From NCBI GenBank assembly GCA_051362555.1, contig CM120642.1, forward strand, positions 6,262,001-6,326,000: a stretch of DNA of 64,000 bases, read 5' to 3'. Origin of the DNA: Lingula anatina. Its lineage: Eukaryota > Animalia > Brachiopoda. Position 1 is the stretch's first letter. Every line of letters starts with the position of its first letter. Below are positions 14,199 to 47,280 of this stretch, piece after piece. The position numbers and the translations under genes were made by a program. The notes beneath the pieces were generated by a model that searched no databases, was not told where the DNA came from, and saw only the letters and a list, made by a program, of their open reading frames with translations.

Positions 14199-14822
14199 TC
14201 TTTTGTGCTTTCTCTTACAGTTTTTCATTCTTTGTATAAATACCAGCATGCAGTTTCCATTTAGTCACATTTATCAAATCTCCCTCTCTGGTAATTTTCA
14301 ATGTTGACAGGTATGTGTGTGATGATTACAAAATATTAAAATGCTACTTACCTTCAGCCAAGGAATCTATCTGCTGTCGCAAGTCAACTTGACTCTGCCT
14401 TAATATCGGAAAAAAAAATTAAATATAAAATTAAAATACTAGATCAAACCTATAAATTATTACTGAATCATAACCCGTCTTTGTGGCTCAGATATAGCAT
14501 TAAGCAAATAAATATCACATTATATAGTGGCAGAAAAGATAAGAATGAGAGGCACCTGAGTCTGCGGTCATCTTTTCGAGTTATTATTATTATTATTATT
14601 TTGTGATAATTTTTCCAGACAGCTAGTGGCCAGTGGAATGATAATTGCAACACATATTTAAGCATCTCCGAACACGTACCTGACCGCTGATGCTTTGTCA
14701 TCAATCTCTTCAACACAGGGTTTGAATAGCTCCAACAAACCTTCTGCTAGAACGCTTCTGGCGCTTGAATCATCGATGTTTTCGGGCATCGCGGAAGAGA
14801 GCTCCCCTCCGCTGGCTGACAT
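13518..14822 (-). CDS. SNAPIN: SNAP-associated protein Snapin / BLOC-1 subunit 7, 134 aa, 4 exons
   Basis: Exons 14680-14822, 14352-14398, 13960-14078 and 13518-13613, all GT-AG with consistent phases. Protein: MSASGGELSSAMPENIDDSSARSVLAEGLLELFKPCVEEIDDKASAVRQSQVDLRQQIDSLAEDLRKVSDAQQVPVELEPYVKKLNNARRRVMLVNNIIQNAQERLGKLQQNISKETSRRKTLLQESPTGSLSK, carrying the Snapin signature PYVKKL.NARRRV.LVNNI.QNAQERL. Confidence 0.97.
14149..14197. repeat. (ATT)n microsatellite in SNAPIN intron 2
   Basis: Directly visible. Confidence 0.95.
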
Positions 14823-15823
14823 GATGATGTTCAGGTTATGCGATAGGTGGCGCTAATAAAAAGAAGTGCTTGTACCGTGTCTTGCTTTTACAAAAATCGT
14901 ACGCGTTGACTTTGTGCAAGTAGTCGTTTTTTTTTTCTTTTTTTCTGTCCATATCACACGTGTACTGATGTAAAAGGAGAAAAACTTTATTCCATGTTTA
15001 CCAACCCTTAAAGGGGATAAACTAAAGTGTAGGCGTACGTTATTTTTTTTAGTTGAGTTATGAACGTGGAAATGCAGATAAAGTGCCATTTGTTCACTTT
15101 TAGAAAAATTGAAAAATCGTAGCATTTGTTTAATTTAAAAAATGACATGTAATGCAAATGGGCAAAATTTGCATCTATAGCATGTAATAATTTAATGTCA
15201 TCTCATAGGTCTGTTAAAAGCGCATTAAGGTGAGCTTCCTGAATCTTGTAATTGATAGCCAATACTTTTGTTTTTATTTCATTTTGTTTTCTTTCTTATG
15301 TTCAGTGTAAAATTCAAGATTAAATAAATACCTCAAATAGATAATTCAAAAGCAGTTTATTTTCTTTCCTGGAAATGTCCAGGGGGGGGGGGTGTCCGGG
15401 GGAGGGGAAGGGGGTTTGTCCTGGAATTCTCTACGAGCCGTGTTCGCACATTTGAATCTGGGATCCACCAAACGTAGTTCTAAAGTATGACTGAGAGGTA
15501 CAATGGTCTGAATCTTTAGGACCCGCTGCATAAAATAAATTAAGACAAAAGCTGGTCTTAACTTTTTAAACCGAAAACTTTTTTCTCTGCCCGAGAGTAA
15601 ATGAAAATAGTAGGACCAACTAATAGTAGTTTATTAGGACACCTGCTTTATCAAATATGAGAAATGACCAATACTCTAGATAAAAGTCATTCATATCCTA
15701 CATGTATAACAGGACTAAAAATTGATGCTTCGTTGTGTCCACATATTTTTGTCTGGCTTAGGCCCTATTCTGTATACATTCTGTACTGCTCAGCTAGAAA
15801 ATTTTTGCGAAGGTCTCCAAGTC

Positions 15824-16079
15824 TTAACAGAGCCAGGCGTTCCGTAGGTCGCAGCAGCAGCCAACAGGGACACGGATCCAGATTCTGACAGCGTGCGGGA
15901 AGTACAGGTGAGAGTGCCACACGAGGATACGAGTCCATCCCCACTGTGTTCTACACTTGGAGCACAGAGAAACGTTAGGAGTGTAGAAATTGTAGCAATC
16001 TTGCCTAGAACGGAAAAGAAGACACAATATAAGTTAAGTCATTTTTAAGACTTACATATGTATGACATATGTCTCTTTA

Positions 16080-16115
<36 letters not shown>

Positions 16116-17466
16116 CATCTGAAAGCGCCTTCAAACTGGCATGGTAGGCTACATACAAAGACACGATATGTATCATAATGAATATTCATTTCTATTAGTA
16201 GAGATACCAAAGATCATGGTTGTTTGATTCTGTGATAGAAATCCATTATAGCTCAAAAGCGGATAATTTTTATTATTTTAAATCAGTATAAAGTACTAAT
16301 ATGGGGTATAATGGGTAGGCCCTACAATAAAGTAAGTAAGTTAAATATAAATACAAAGCCAGGACTTAAACGGAACAAAATGAAAATATGATATAACAGC
16401 TCCATATGTTTTGCAAAAATGTATTATCACTTGTCTGCTAGGTGGAAAAAGTCCCAATCTGGCGTAACATTAGATAATTCGCTTTTATAGTTTATGTACG
16501 TTTGATCGCAGTAGCTCCACAGAAGGTACTGGAACCAGGGAACAGGTAAATAAGGTAACTGAATAACCGGCCACCAGATGGCACCAAAGCCAGTGTTCCA
16601 ATAGATCCAATACGGGTATATCCACCTTGTCGACACGGCGCACAGGTTAGAGGGTATCGCCCTGAAAAAAAGTTCAAATTACACGTGGCCATAGACTGCA
16701 TGAAAAATTACGTTTCTGTCTCTTATAGGAGCCTTAAAGTTATATAACCAATAGAGTGAGTACCTGAAAAGAGCTAAACTAATATGTATGCGTGTGCTTG
16801 CGCGCGAGTGGACCTATTATTGAAGAGAAATGTTTGTGTCGTTCATTTCTGAAATGTTGTTTTTAAAAAGGCGGAAATGCATAAAATATGTAAAACAACT
16901 ATATAGACCTTGGTAAAACGATAAATTAATTATTGTGAGATGTGAACACTTCTACCTTCTACTATCTAGGCCCCTACATCCAAAAATACGGCATTACGAT
17001 ATCGTATTTGAGGTGAGAGAGAGAGAGAGAGTCACATATGTAACAGGATGTATAAATGAATACATGCCTTTTTTTCCTTGTCGGACTAGTTTCGTTTGGA
17101 TATCCAAGATCACTGCCGTTCACGTTTTGCACATGAATGCCCAGACACGAAAGGCTAGGATCCCAGTCATTTAAACTGGAGAGTATATGAAATATGATAG
17201 AAAATAAAACGACATTGATCGAAATACAATAAGCAATTAGTTTTTATTGATGTTAATAAAGAGATAACGAAATAAAATGATCAAAAGTGCGCCCTCTGCC
17301 TTACTTGATTGCTTTGTCTTTTCTTTCTTTGATTTGTGTTGGTGATTTTGTTTGTTTGCTTGCTTACTTGTTTCTTTAATTCGTAATATTCTTTAATTTA
17401 TTTTATGCTTACATTCATTTTATACTTCCCATCTTTTTTCTTGTGTTGGTCTTTAAGTGTTCTTTA

Positions 17467-17508
<42 letters not shown>

Positions 17509-17957
17509 AGAGAGAGAGAGAATAAATAAATAAATAAAGAAAATATATGCATAGACTACGTACAAGGGATATTCAGGTGTCATATTTTCATCGTAACCAA
17601 CGACAAATGAGGTGCCGTCTTCCAGCGTGACGTCGAATATAGTTCTGCCATTCTCTGACGTAACATTAACACTGTATTCTGCATTCACAGTCCGCCAGCA
17701 GCACGCAGCTACCACCACAAGCAACGAGAAAACCTAAATTGAAATTAAATGAATCAGTGGTTGATTATTCAGAGTTTTTTTTTACTATTTGTTAGACTGA
17801 CATAAAGCCCTGCAAGTGTACAGCGTCATAGATTTCGACTTCATCTTTTAGCATTTTGCAAATCGAGGCCATTCCAGCCGCAGGCTCTATAACGTTTTGG
17901 GCATAGGCCCTACATAACCGTTTCTTTAAAAAAATATACATATCTTACCTTAATCAT
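15824..17957 (-). CDS. Secreted cystine-knot cytokine-like precursor (spaetzle/neurotrophin-like), 209 aa, 5 exons
   Basis: Exons 17949-17957 (MIK), 17564-17733, 17068-17175, 16500-16661 and 15824-16004 join into one open frame. Signal peptide MIKVFSLLVVVAACCWRTVNA, pro-region, RKKR, then AIPSNLCAVSTRWIYP...VIQ...FQYLLWSYCDQTQDC...CSKCRTQW...IRVPVGCCCDLRNAWLC*. Cys spacing resembles the spaetzle pattern LC..(Y)P..Q..C..C..C.Q..IP.CC.C. Intron 3 needs a GC donor. AATAAA on the minus strand at 15630-15635. Confidence 0.8.
16082..16113. repeat. (AT)n microsatellite
   Basis: Directly visible. Confidence 0.9.
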
Positions 17958-20262
17958 CTCTGAGAAGAATAGAAACGGGGTTGTCTCTTAATTTTTCAGT
18001 CAAGAGCAGTCAGAGTTTCAGAAGACACTGGAAATTCGCCGGCCCCCGTATTAAATACGTTGGATTACCTTTTCGGTAGCCAGTTTACAGTATTTATACT
18101 ATCTACCTCTGGGTTGGGTTTAAAAAACACTCATAATTTTGAATACGTGTACTCGATGCATTATGTATGATGCCCTTAAAGTCCATTCACTTTTTGTTTA
18201 TACTTTTGCGGTTTACATTAGCAAGCGACCCCGTGACGTTTGAGTACCGCTGATTTATCTGTGCTTTGTGTTGATACGTAATAAAGGTTTGTTGAGTAAC
18301 ATTCTCTAACATTTTAAAGTATAGATTAGAAATCATGCAGTGAATACTAGAATTTTAATAATCGATTAAGTGAGTGGTTTTAAATCTTTAAAAAAGTTTC
18401 TTGTTCAGATTGTTTAAAAAGATTTGCCGTCTATCTTGTAATTTGTTACAGTACATGTACCAAGGTATCGAGGCATTCGTGAGGAAAGGCCTTCATCTTT
18501 TAATCAATGAAAAAAATGTTTTATTCATTTAAAGGTTATGGGGGACATGTTCCCCGTTTATTGCTTTATAAGAGAAGTTCATTTCTGCCCATAAATCTAT
18601 CGTATTCGTTGTTGTTAACGATGTTCCGTTTTTAATGGTGGACAGCGTACCTTTAAGGAGTAAATACTTTCGTGCTGTCGAGCGTCGTCCATAACGAGTT
18701 CAACTACACGGAAACTTGACAAACTTTCTTTTTCCAGAAAACACGGAACGTTATTTTAACGTTACCAAAACGTTTTTGGTAAAATAAACATTGTGGTAAC
18801 GTTATAATAACGCTGTTGGGTTATGGCCTAACACCATCTGCATAGGCACTGCATCCTCTGCATAGGCACTGTGTAAATACATGTGTATATACTTTTTTTA
18901 TTATTGAAGTGTTGCTTACAAATCGAAAACAAAGCACCAAAGTAACAGTAAATGACACATTTTGTCATTTTTGTTGTACGTCTGTTCGTTATATTTTACA
19001 CCACTGAAATATATGTTTGACAAAAATCCCCATAACTTTATAATTTTGAACTTGTGACATAAGTTTAAGAGATAGGACTTATGTTAAAAACATTGCGTAG
19101 CCAGGCCGTCGTCAGCGAATTTAAAGGTATTTCAACCTATTGAATGAAAGGCCATGAAGATCATCGAGGACGACGTGATACCTTTTCAGAACAGCAATAA
19201 GGAAATAAACTTCAGTTTCCTTTGCTTCCTGTCCCAGAAAGAAATCAGAATAAATTTGCGTCTAGAGCCAGACTTACTTATTTGTGCATTCAATAGTCTT
19301 AATCCCGAGAGGAAATTCTAATATTTTTATCAGTAAGCGATAATTTGGAAAAGGTAACGTGAAGTAGTAGTCGTCGCTTTTCTCTAATTTTGATACATAT
19401 GCAAACAGCAGAATATGGGGACGGCCGGGAAGGGGGGGGGGGGGGGGGTGAAACGTTTCGTTGACATAAACATATACAGACAACTTACCGTTATATGGCT
19501 AAGGAGAAGATAAATTTACCAGACCAACTGCAAAAGGACAAAAAGTAGTTCCAGTTGTTATCTTCACAAAGAAAAACCTTTTTCGCTTTCTAGATATGGC
19601 TGTTTTATGGAAATAAGAATGAAAACACCAACTGTTATTTATATAATAAAGCATGTTCTGAGTTTGATGAACATGGATATACCAGGTATAACCATTTGCG
19701 TCCCATCCCCTGTCCCACTGAGTATACATCGATCTTTTATAAGCAGTGCATTCTCCTAAAAAGATTTATCCTGAGGTCATGTGCTTTTGCCCACGTTTCT
19801 CCCTCCCCTCTCTCTTAATCGGCGTGGGTGGGGGCACGTATTCCGGAGAGCTAAGGGAAAGGTTGTTCCCGAATGCGGACGATCATACCAAGTGATGATT
19901 ACTCTCTGACAACAGGGTAGTAGGCTGTTATGAAATTATGTTATCGCATACTTTATTTTTGTATACTTTTTTAGAAGCCCCTGATATTAGAGGGTAGGGC
20001 CATCCACAGTCCTTGTTTTCGTACTTCACGCAAGGCGTAATTTTCTCAAGAGTTCGAATAGGATATACATTCAAATTAAACTCTGAACTAAGAATCTAGT
20101 TTTAAAATCCATTTTATTCAATATATTAAATTATCATTATACTGATTATACAAATCAAATACCTCGTCTATAAGATTAGCCTATCAGGATTTTCTTTTCG
20201 ATTGTCAAACTACACTGTTGACAAACTTTTTTACTAGTCTTTTTACAGTATACTGGGCCTTA

Positions 20263-20487
20263 GACCCCATTTCCATAGATTTCAGATCGATCTATCCCTG
20301 TGGGGAGTCTCACTAGATTACTGTCAGCTTAGCCGGCTTAAGCGTCTGTCCCGCCTACTAAAAGCTGTAAAGGGGTAATTAACTATGGTGCGCGCGCGGC
20401 TGACTGCAATTTAGCGTGAACCCCCAGGGAGTTAGGTCGATCTAAATCCTAATCTCTGGATCGATCTATATCTCTGGGAATGCACCC
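20263..20487. mobile_element. Tourist/PIF-Harbinger-like MITE, copy 1
   Basis: About 225 bp, clearly homologous to 47066-47280; imperfect TIRs (ATTTCCATAGATTTCAGATCGATC / GATCGATCTATATCTCTGGGAAT); TTA on both flanks. Confidence 0.8.
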
Positions 20488-21281
20488 TTAGTTTAAAACT
20501 AAGATCTAATGGTATATTAGATCTTAGTTTAAAAAAAAAACTCGATCAACAGTGGTTCCTGTACAAAGTCTCACTCCGTAGCAGTGTGTTCAGAAGATCA
20601 AGAGAAAAAAGTTTGTAGTTTTGTCATTTCATGGCTCGTTGTAGACACTCTTTGGTTGTTATTGGGAGTTATGGTGATAATTGATCAATTTAGCAATTTG
20701 AAAGAAAGTTGACTTATGAATATATGAGAAATTTTCCCATGGCTGTTTCTGCACAGCTTCTCAATTTCTTCACCCGTGCTCCATCTGTGCTTAAATCATT
20801 AAACCCTGCTAAGCAAAGCAAAGTTAAGGAACTTAGCTTTGTCTTGAAGTTTACTTTTCTTCCCTCAAAGCAGTTTCTACCTTAAAGTAGCGGTCTGAGT
20901 AAAACGGTCTGATCATAGAACATTCGAGTCACCCTACACCAGAAAACACTGCAATTAACTCTTTATGCAGAATTAATGCAGCTCAATGCTGACAATTTAG
21001 ATCTTGCTTACATATCCATTAATGATAATTAAATGCATAAGGTAAGTGGTTCCAATCCCTTCTTATTACATCTGAATAAGACGTCGTGCGGATTGTTTGA
21101 TGCAATTGTTGTCAAACTGTCTGCAGTCACAGTCATTGCGTTAGATGTGTCTGGCGTTTCTTTCAGCACAATCGCAACTTCTGCAATGGTAAGTTGTGCC
21201 TCTGGCTTAGCAGCAAAATGTGTAAGTTGTGTCAAATACGCCTAATATAGAATGTGAAATGTGTTTAGCGAACATGGGTCG

Positions 21282-41947
<20,666 letters not shown>

Positions 41948-42617
41948 GCTGGCTGTCTATGTGTGCGTGTGCGGTTTGTGTACGTTTCACACCTTGTTCA
42001 CTAGAGGGCTACGCGCGCAAGACAGGACTTACTTTCGATTAAAAAATCGTACATGGCGCTGGTCATCTACACTTTACATGTACATAGCATACATGTGTAC
42101 AAATCTTTCTTGCATTTTCAATATGTGTTTCCGTGACTCAGAATGCCATTTGGTTTTATATAACAGATGTTTTTTGGGCAAATAAAAGATATGGAAAAAT
42201 GAAATCTTTTTGTTATCAGGAACATATGGACACAAGCATGGGTATCGCGATTTTATTGCAGAAACATTTCTTCTTATCAAGCCGCACACAAGAAAAATGC
42301 GGCAAGACTGTGCCATTTAGAGTTTCAGAGGAACGTGTGGAAACTTTCCTCTCTATTCTCTGCATGCCTCCAAAGTTTCCAGTATCAAGGCATCTATATT
42401 TGGAAACGGATGAGGCAACGAGTTTTGGGGAAGAATTTTGAGAATGACAACGAACTTATTTTATTTTCTATGTTTTTAAAACATTTATTTGCACTTAAAT
42501 TTTTGTGTAATTTCAATCATTTGGTTGCTGTGATTTGAAATGAACTTTTTAAAAATAAACTTAATTATTATATATTGTGTGTATATAGGCCTACCTTCCG
42601 CTCGACATTTTGTTATT

Positions 42618-42738
42618 TAGCACGAAAATTCATGCGTAAGCACTCCTATTGACGATTCTGATATGTACATGTACTGTCTATGTGTGTAAGTAGATCAGAA
42701 TCGTCAATAGGAGTGCTAACGCATGAATTTTCGTGCTA
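42618..42738. mobile_element. 121-bp MITE with 45-bp TIRs and a perfect 9-bp TSD (Mutator/MULE-like)
   Basis: Arms 42618-42662 and 42694-42738 match at 44/45; TTTGTTATT at 42609-42617 and 42739-42747. Confidence 0.88.
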
Positions 42739-43154
42739 TTTGTTATTGGTAACGTACGCCGTCCGTAGTTTGTACCTATCCAACGCTATTAATTACTCCA
42801 TGTATCTCACTTTTTTGTTGCATACAAGTTCCTTTATTTTTTGAACACTGGAAAATTTGTCAAGTATTGATTAAGAGAGACCGAGAACAGAGGACAATGT
42901 GACGAAATACTAAAGTAGAAGAGAAAAAAAACACCAATAAACGATCGAGCAGGTTCATTTCAGAAACTTGAGTTTAGCTTAGCCCAACAAGCGCCCCCCC
43001 CCCCCCCCCCACACACACACACATTTACACCGATGGCGTTTAACCAATGTAAAAATGCCATAAATGTGACTTAAGATGTCAAGATATTATTTGAGGACAG
43101 CTACTTTAGGGACAGTGGAACTAATTACACAGATGCCATGTTACTTTCGTTTTT

Positions 43155-43275
43155 ATCACCGTGACGTCACAGTGACGGCAGGGGGCGGCAGCATCAAACG
43201 AGATGAAAGAGTGTCGGAGCTAACGGTAAAGATGCATTACAGCCGGCTAATTGAGACTACCTTGCGTTGGTAAGA
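43155..43275 (+). promoter_or_regulatory. Candidate promoter and first non-coding exon of a + strand gene, divergent from ALAD
   Basis: Perfect CRE palindrome TGACGTCA (43162-43169), GC box GGGGGCGG (43181-43188), local CpG enrichment, and donor TTG|GTAAGA at 43269/43270. Confidence 0.5.
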
Positions 43276-43538
43276 TGCCAGTGGATTCTATTTCAAGAAT
43301 TATGTGAAATATTGTTTATGTACTGTGCTTACATGAAGTCTTTAAATTGATATATCCGAACTTACAATTTAACAGTGAAATATGTAACGTGCATGTACAT
43401 GTAGGCCCTAATGTTTATTACACGCACACGCGATTTAGTAGTTCATCGATGCCCTTTCAGTTCCATGATTTATTACTTAAAACTGGTTCACAGAGTGCAA
43501 TATTTTTGTCACTGTTTACTTATTGTTTGTGGGAGACA

Positions 43539-43583
<45 letters not shown>

Positions 43584-46500
43584 TAAGAATTGCCTTTCCC
43601 TGGTTTTATTTATAATTATATTTTAATAAGTATAATTACTAGCATTTTTTTCATTATCATGATTGTATTTTCTTTTGGAGTTTATGTGGTTGCTTGGAGT
43701 TTTGATCTTATTTGTTAAAAAAGATAGTGAATGCCCCCATAATAGATCTAGGGTAACTTGAGTCCAATGTCACACTACCTTTAAAACAGAATCACTTCAA
43801 CAGTAATTTGCACCAGAATTTTATAAGTGAACTTCAAGTAATAATACAATAAGATATTTATAAAATAGATAGAAAATTTATTTTTGATTACGCCCATGCA
43901 CTGGTACCCAATGCTACAAATCTCTTACAAGAATTATATTCATGAAAACAGGGACAGTTATAATTACTTGTAAAGGGTGTGTTACATTACAGCCCCCTAG
44001 CTGTTACTACCTGTATTAGTATCTACCTGTAGCAGTTAAGTTAACTGCCATTGTCATTGCCTTGACACCTATCTCCTTTGTCAAATGAAGCAGTTCCAGA
44101 TGACTGTGATTGCTGTCTAACATCCTTTTGTCAGTTCACTACTGTTTAATATTATCAGTATATCGTAGGAGAGGTACAGTACCAGGTTCACAAAATGTTT
44201 ACAGTTCTTGCATGGATTAATTAAGCTAAGGGGGACTTCTTAGTGAGTATGATTGCAAGGTCTTTCAACTTAAAAAAATGGTAAGTGGCATACAACACAT
44301 ATTTTAAGCTTTGGTTTTTGGTGAAACTTTTGATTTTGGTGTCTTAAATGATGAAGGTATAAGTTGCAGAAAAATACTCCTTGAAAATGTTTCCAAATTA
44401 TTTCATTGTGTTTTAAAAGGTGATAAAGAAAGGTATATTTTTCTCAAAGAGATTACTTAGACACTTTCTGCTATACTAATTTAAGTTTTATGACCTTGTG
44501 TTGGGAAGCAGTAAATTTGTTGCTAATGAAATCCAGCCTTACAAATACCCTCTTTTAAATGTCAAGATGATTCTTTACTATTCAAGCTGGAAAACATCAG
44601 GGACTGCTATCAGCTGTAAAAGGAAGCTCTAGGCAAAGTGAATGTGGTCATTTTTTTTACTGAAGTTGAATAAAATTTATTCACAAACAGCATTTTGTTC
44701 ATGCATCATATTGTAAAAAATAGATTTGGAGACTCAGATTGAGATTGGTTCACATCAGATTTTTTCTCTTTTTTTATTGTGAGTAGCTTAATATCATGCA
44801 CCTGTAGAAATTATAAAATGTTTTATTTTCAGTGCGTCGTTTGAAATGTCTGAACAAGTACCATATTGATGGATGGAAGCTAGGAATACATGTAGGTATA
44901 TAATCTTAAAGGAAAATCCTGATTAAGTCAGGCATTGAAGGTATTTGTAAAGACAAGTAATTGATAGCTTACACCTGGTTTTCTAATTGTTGTTAATTAA
45001 ATTAATTGGAAACGAGTCATTTCAATTATTTTAACCATATGTATCTCCAGAATTGCATTCTAATAGTATAAGAAGAAGCTTTAGGATGCTGCGCTTTATT
45101 TAGACACAGTAAAGTCACGGAGTATACATACTTGTGCAGCTTATGGTTGCCCCCTTAATGTGTCTTGATGTATGATACTTGAAAGAACAGTTTGTTACTG
45201 ATTAAGCTCAAGTACACAACAGTGTGTTGCAAGGGTTTGAAGAAATCAACTATGTAAGATGTGCTCCTGCAGGTGTATTTGCCAACGCTACTGTGCATGG
45301 GTAAAATACTAGCAACTGAAATATTCATCATCATCATCATGGTGGAATCGATTTGAGAAACTTGACCTGCTTGATGTAAGAGTATGGCAGTTTAAGCCCT
45401 ACTTAGTTGGAATCTCTTTAGTTCTAAAGATAAACAGATGAATCAAAAAGCCATTATTAAAAGAAAAAATACCAAAGTGATATTGCAAAATGTTAAATGA
45501 AATTACAGCTGTATGTGCATTACTGTTGTATGGATGATCAAGCTTTGATATTATTAAGTCACAGTAGATACATGTAAAAATGTTTCTGAGCTGAATTACT
45601 GTAGGCATATTTGGAATGTATTTTCAAAATAATATTTTTTTATTATTATTATTAGAATCAATGGTTTTTGTGAAAACTCTAACAACCTGGTATTAAAAAT
45701 GCAAATTAAATTCCAGTATCAGGACAGCTACTACTTAATATTTTAGTGGCAACCTTTCCCGACTTGTATTTCAATTTTCAGTTACACCAGAACTTCCCCT
45801 TTAAAAAGGTACGTATGTACTTCAGTGGTAAAGTTAAAGCATGGTCTGCAGTATTTAACTAGTCCAGGCCATTCTTATCATCATCAGAGGCCAGTTTTAC
45901 AAAACATATATAGATTTAAAATAAGTTAACTTCTAGATGTAAACTTTAGTCTACCGCTGTTCAGTATGCAAGTAAATCCATAGTACCTGGCAGCCCATAT
46001 AAATAAAATAAGTATCGATCAGAAACATTAGTCGTGCCTGCCCTGTTATAAACCAGGAACAGTATTTAATTTATTTTAAATGGAGTTGTACTACTGCAGA
46101 TTTTTTTTGTGTCAAAATTGATAACAGTTTTGGTCTAAAAACTTAAACGAGTTTATGGCTACAGGCCTTTTATAAGACAGACCTTGTTTTGCTGTTTAAT
46201 CCTGCCCATTGTGGTAGTTGAAATCCAAGAAAAAAACACAATCAGAGCAGCAACTTCAGAGGATGAGACTAAGGTCGCATTCAGAACAGATGATTCGCGG
46301 TCTATCTGAACCACGGACTATAAATATGGCTAACCCCACTTAACTTTTGGTGATCTCTCCGCCTCAACACGCACCATTTAGTGGATTAAATCTCAGCTCC
46401 AAGGTTTAATTGCTAGGCCCCTGCATCTGTTAACCTGCAAATCAACTTGTTCTGAATGCATTTGTACCAAGATAAAACAAAACGCTATCACGATCACAAA

Positions 46501-47065
46501 TGTTTTTTTTTTTTTTTTTTTACCCTGCATCCTCTGACATTTGCTTGGTTAAAACAAACTAGAAAATTTAAGTTGAATATATTTACTTAAACGTCTTCTA
46601 ATCCAGAAAGCAACTTTGTGATATATGAAATTATAGCTTGATTAACTGATGTTTTTCTCTTACAAATTACATTAAGTGAGTAATACTAAGTACAAAGCAT
46701 CACTAAGTATAAAAAGCTATTTAGTTAGGTATGAATGGAACTCTGAGATTAAATCTCCAATAGGTGTCCAGTTCTTGGAAGGCTTTTTAGTCCCGAACAC
46801 TGTGGTAGTTGAGACAGTTGAGCACAAAAACACAATACTGGCGCAACAACTGCAGATGAGATTCTACTTGCACCAAGAAGAAAAAAAATAATGCTGTCAC
46901 AATCACAGTTGAGTTTTCCCACAAAGCAGCTTCTGGATGGTGTTTGTTAAACCAGAATCTAAGTCTATGAATTCCCTTGTCCTGAATGTGAATACTTTTA
47001 CATAAAAGATGCCCTGTTCAGAAAGTTCTTTGTGGATGAATAAAGGCAGTTTATTTGATTTCTTA

Positions 47066-47280
47066 GACTAAATTCCCACAGATTTTAGATCGATCTATCC
47101 CCCTGGGGAGTCTCACTAGATTTCTGTCAGCTTAGCCGGCTTAAATGTCTGTCCCACCTACTGAAAGCTGTAAGGGGGTAATTAACATCCGTGCGTGCTC
47201 GGCTGACAGCAATTTAGCGTGAACCCCCAGGGAGTTAGGTCGATCCAGATGGATTGATCTAAATCTGTGGGAATGCAGTC
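47066..47280. mobile_element. Tourist/PIF-Harbinger-like MITE, copy 2
   Basis: TTA|GACTAAATTCCCACAGATTTTAGATCGATC ... GATTGATCTAAATCTGTGGGAATGCAGTC|TTA; same orientation as the copy at 20263. Confidence 0.8.

Noticed and set aside
16427-16499. Extension of ORF 16427-16636 beyond CDQ
   Set aside because: Intron read-through; splicing at 16500 to the exon starting at 16004 completes the cysteine pattern.
21029-21245. Overlapping 68-70 aa ORFs just past the ALAD stop
   Set aside because: Within the presumed ALAD 3' UTR; no supporting splice or promoter signals and no recognisable homology.
41957-42032. Possible short intron in the ALAD 5' UTR (donor AAA|GTAAGT at 42032) and a possible iron-responsive element
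   Set aside because: The acceptor lacks a pyrimidine tract, and no CAGUGN loop with a C-bulged stem was seen upstream of the ATG.
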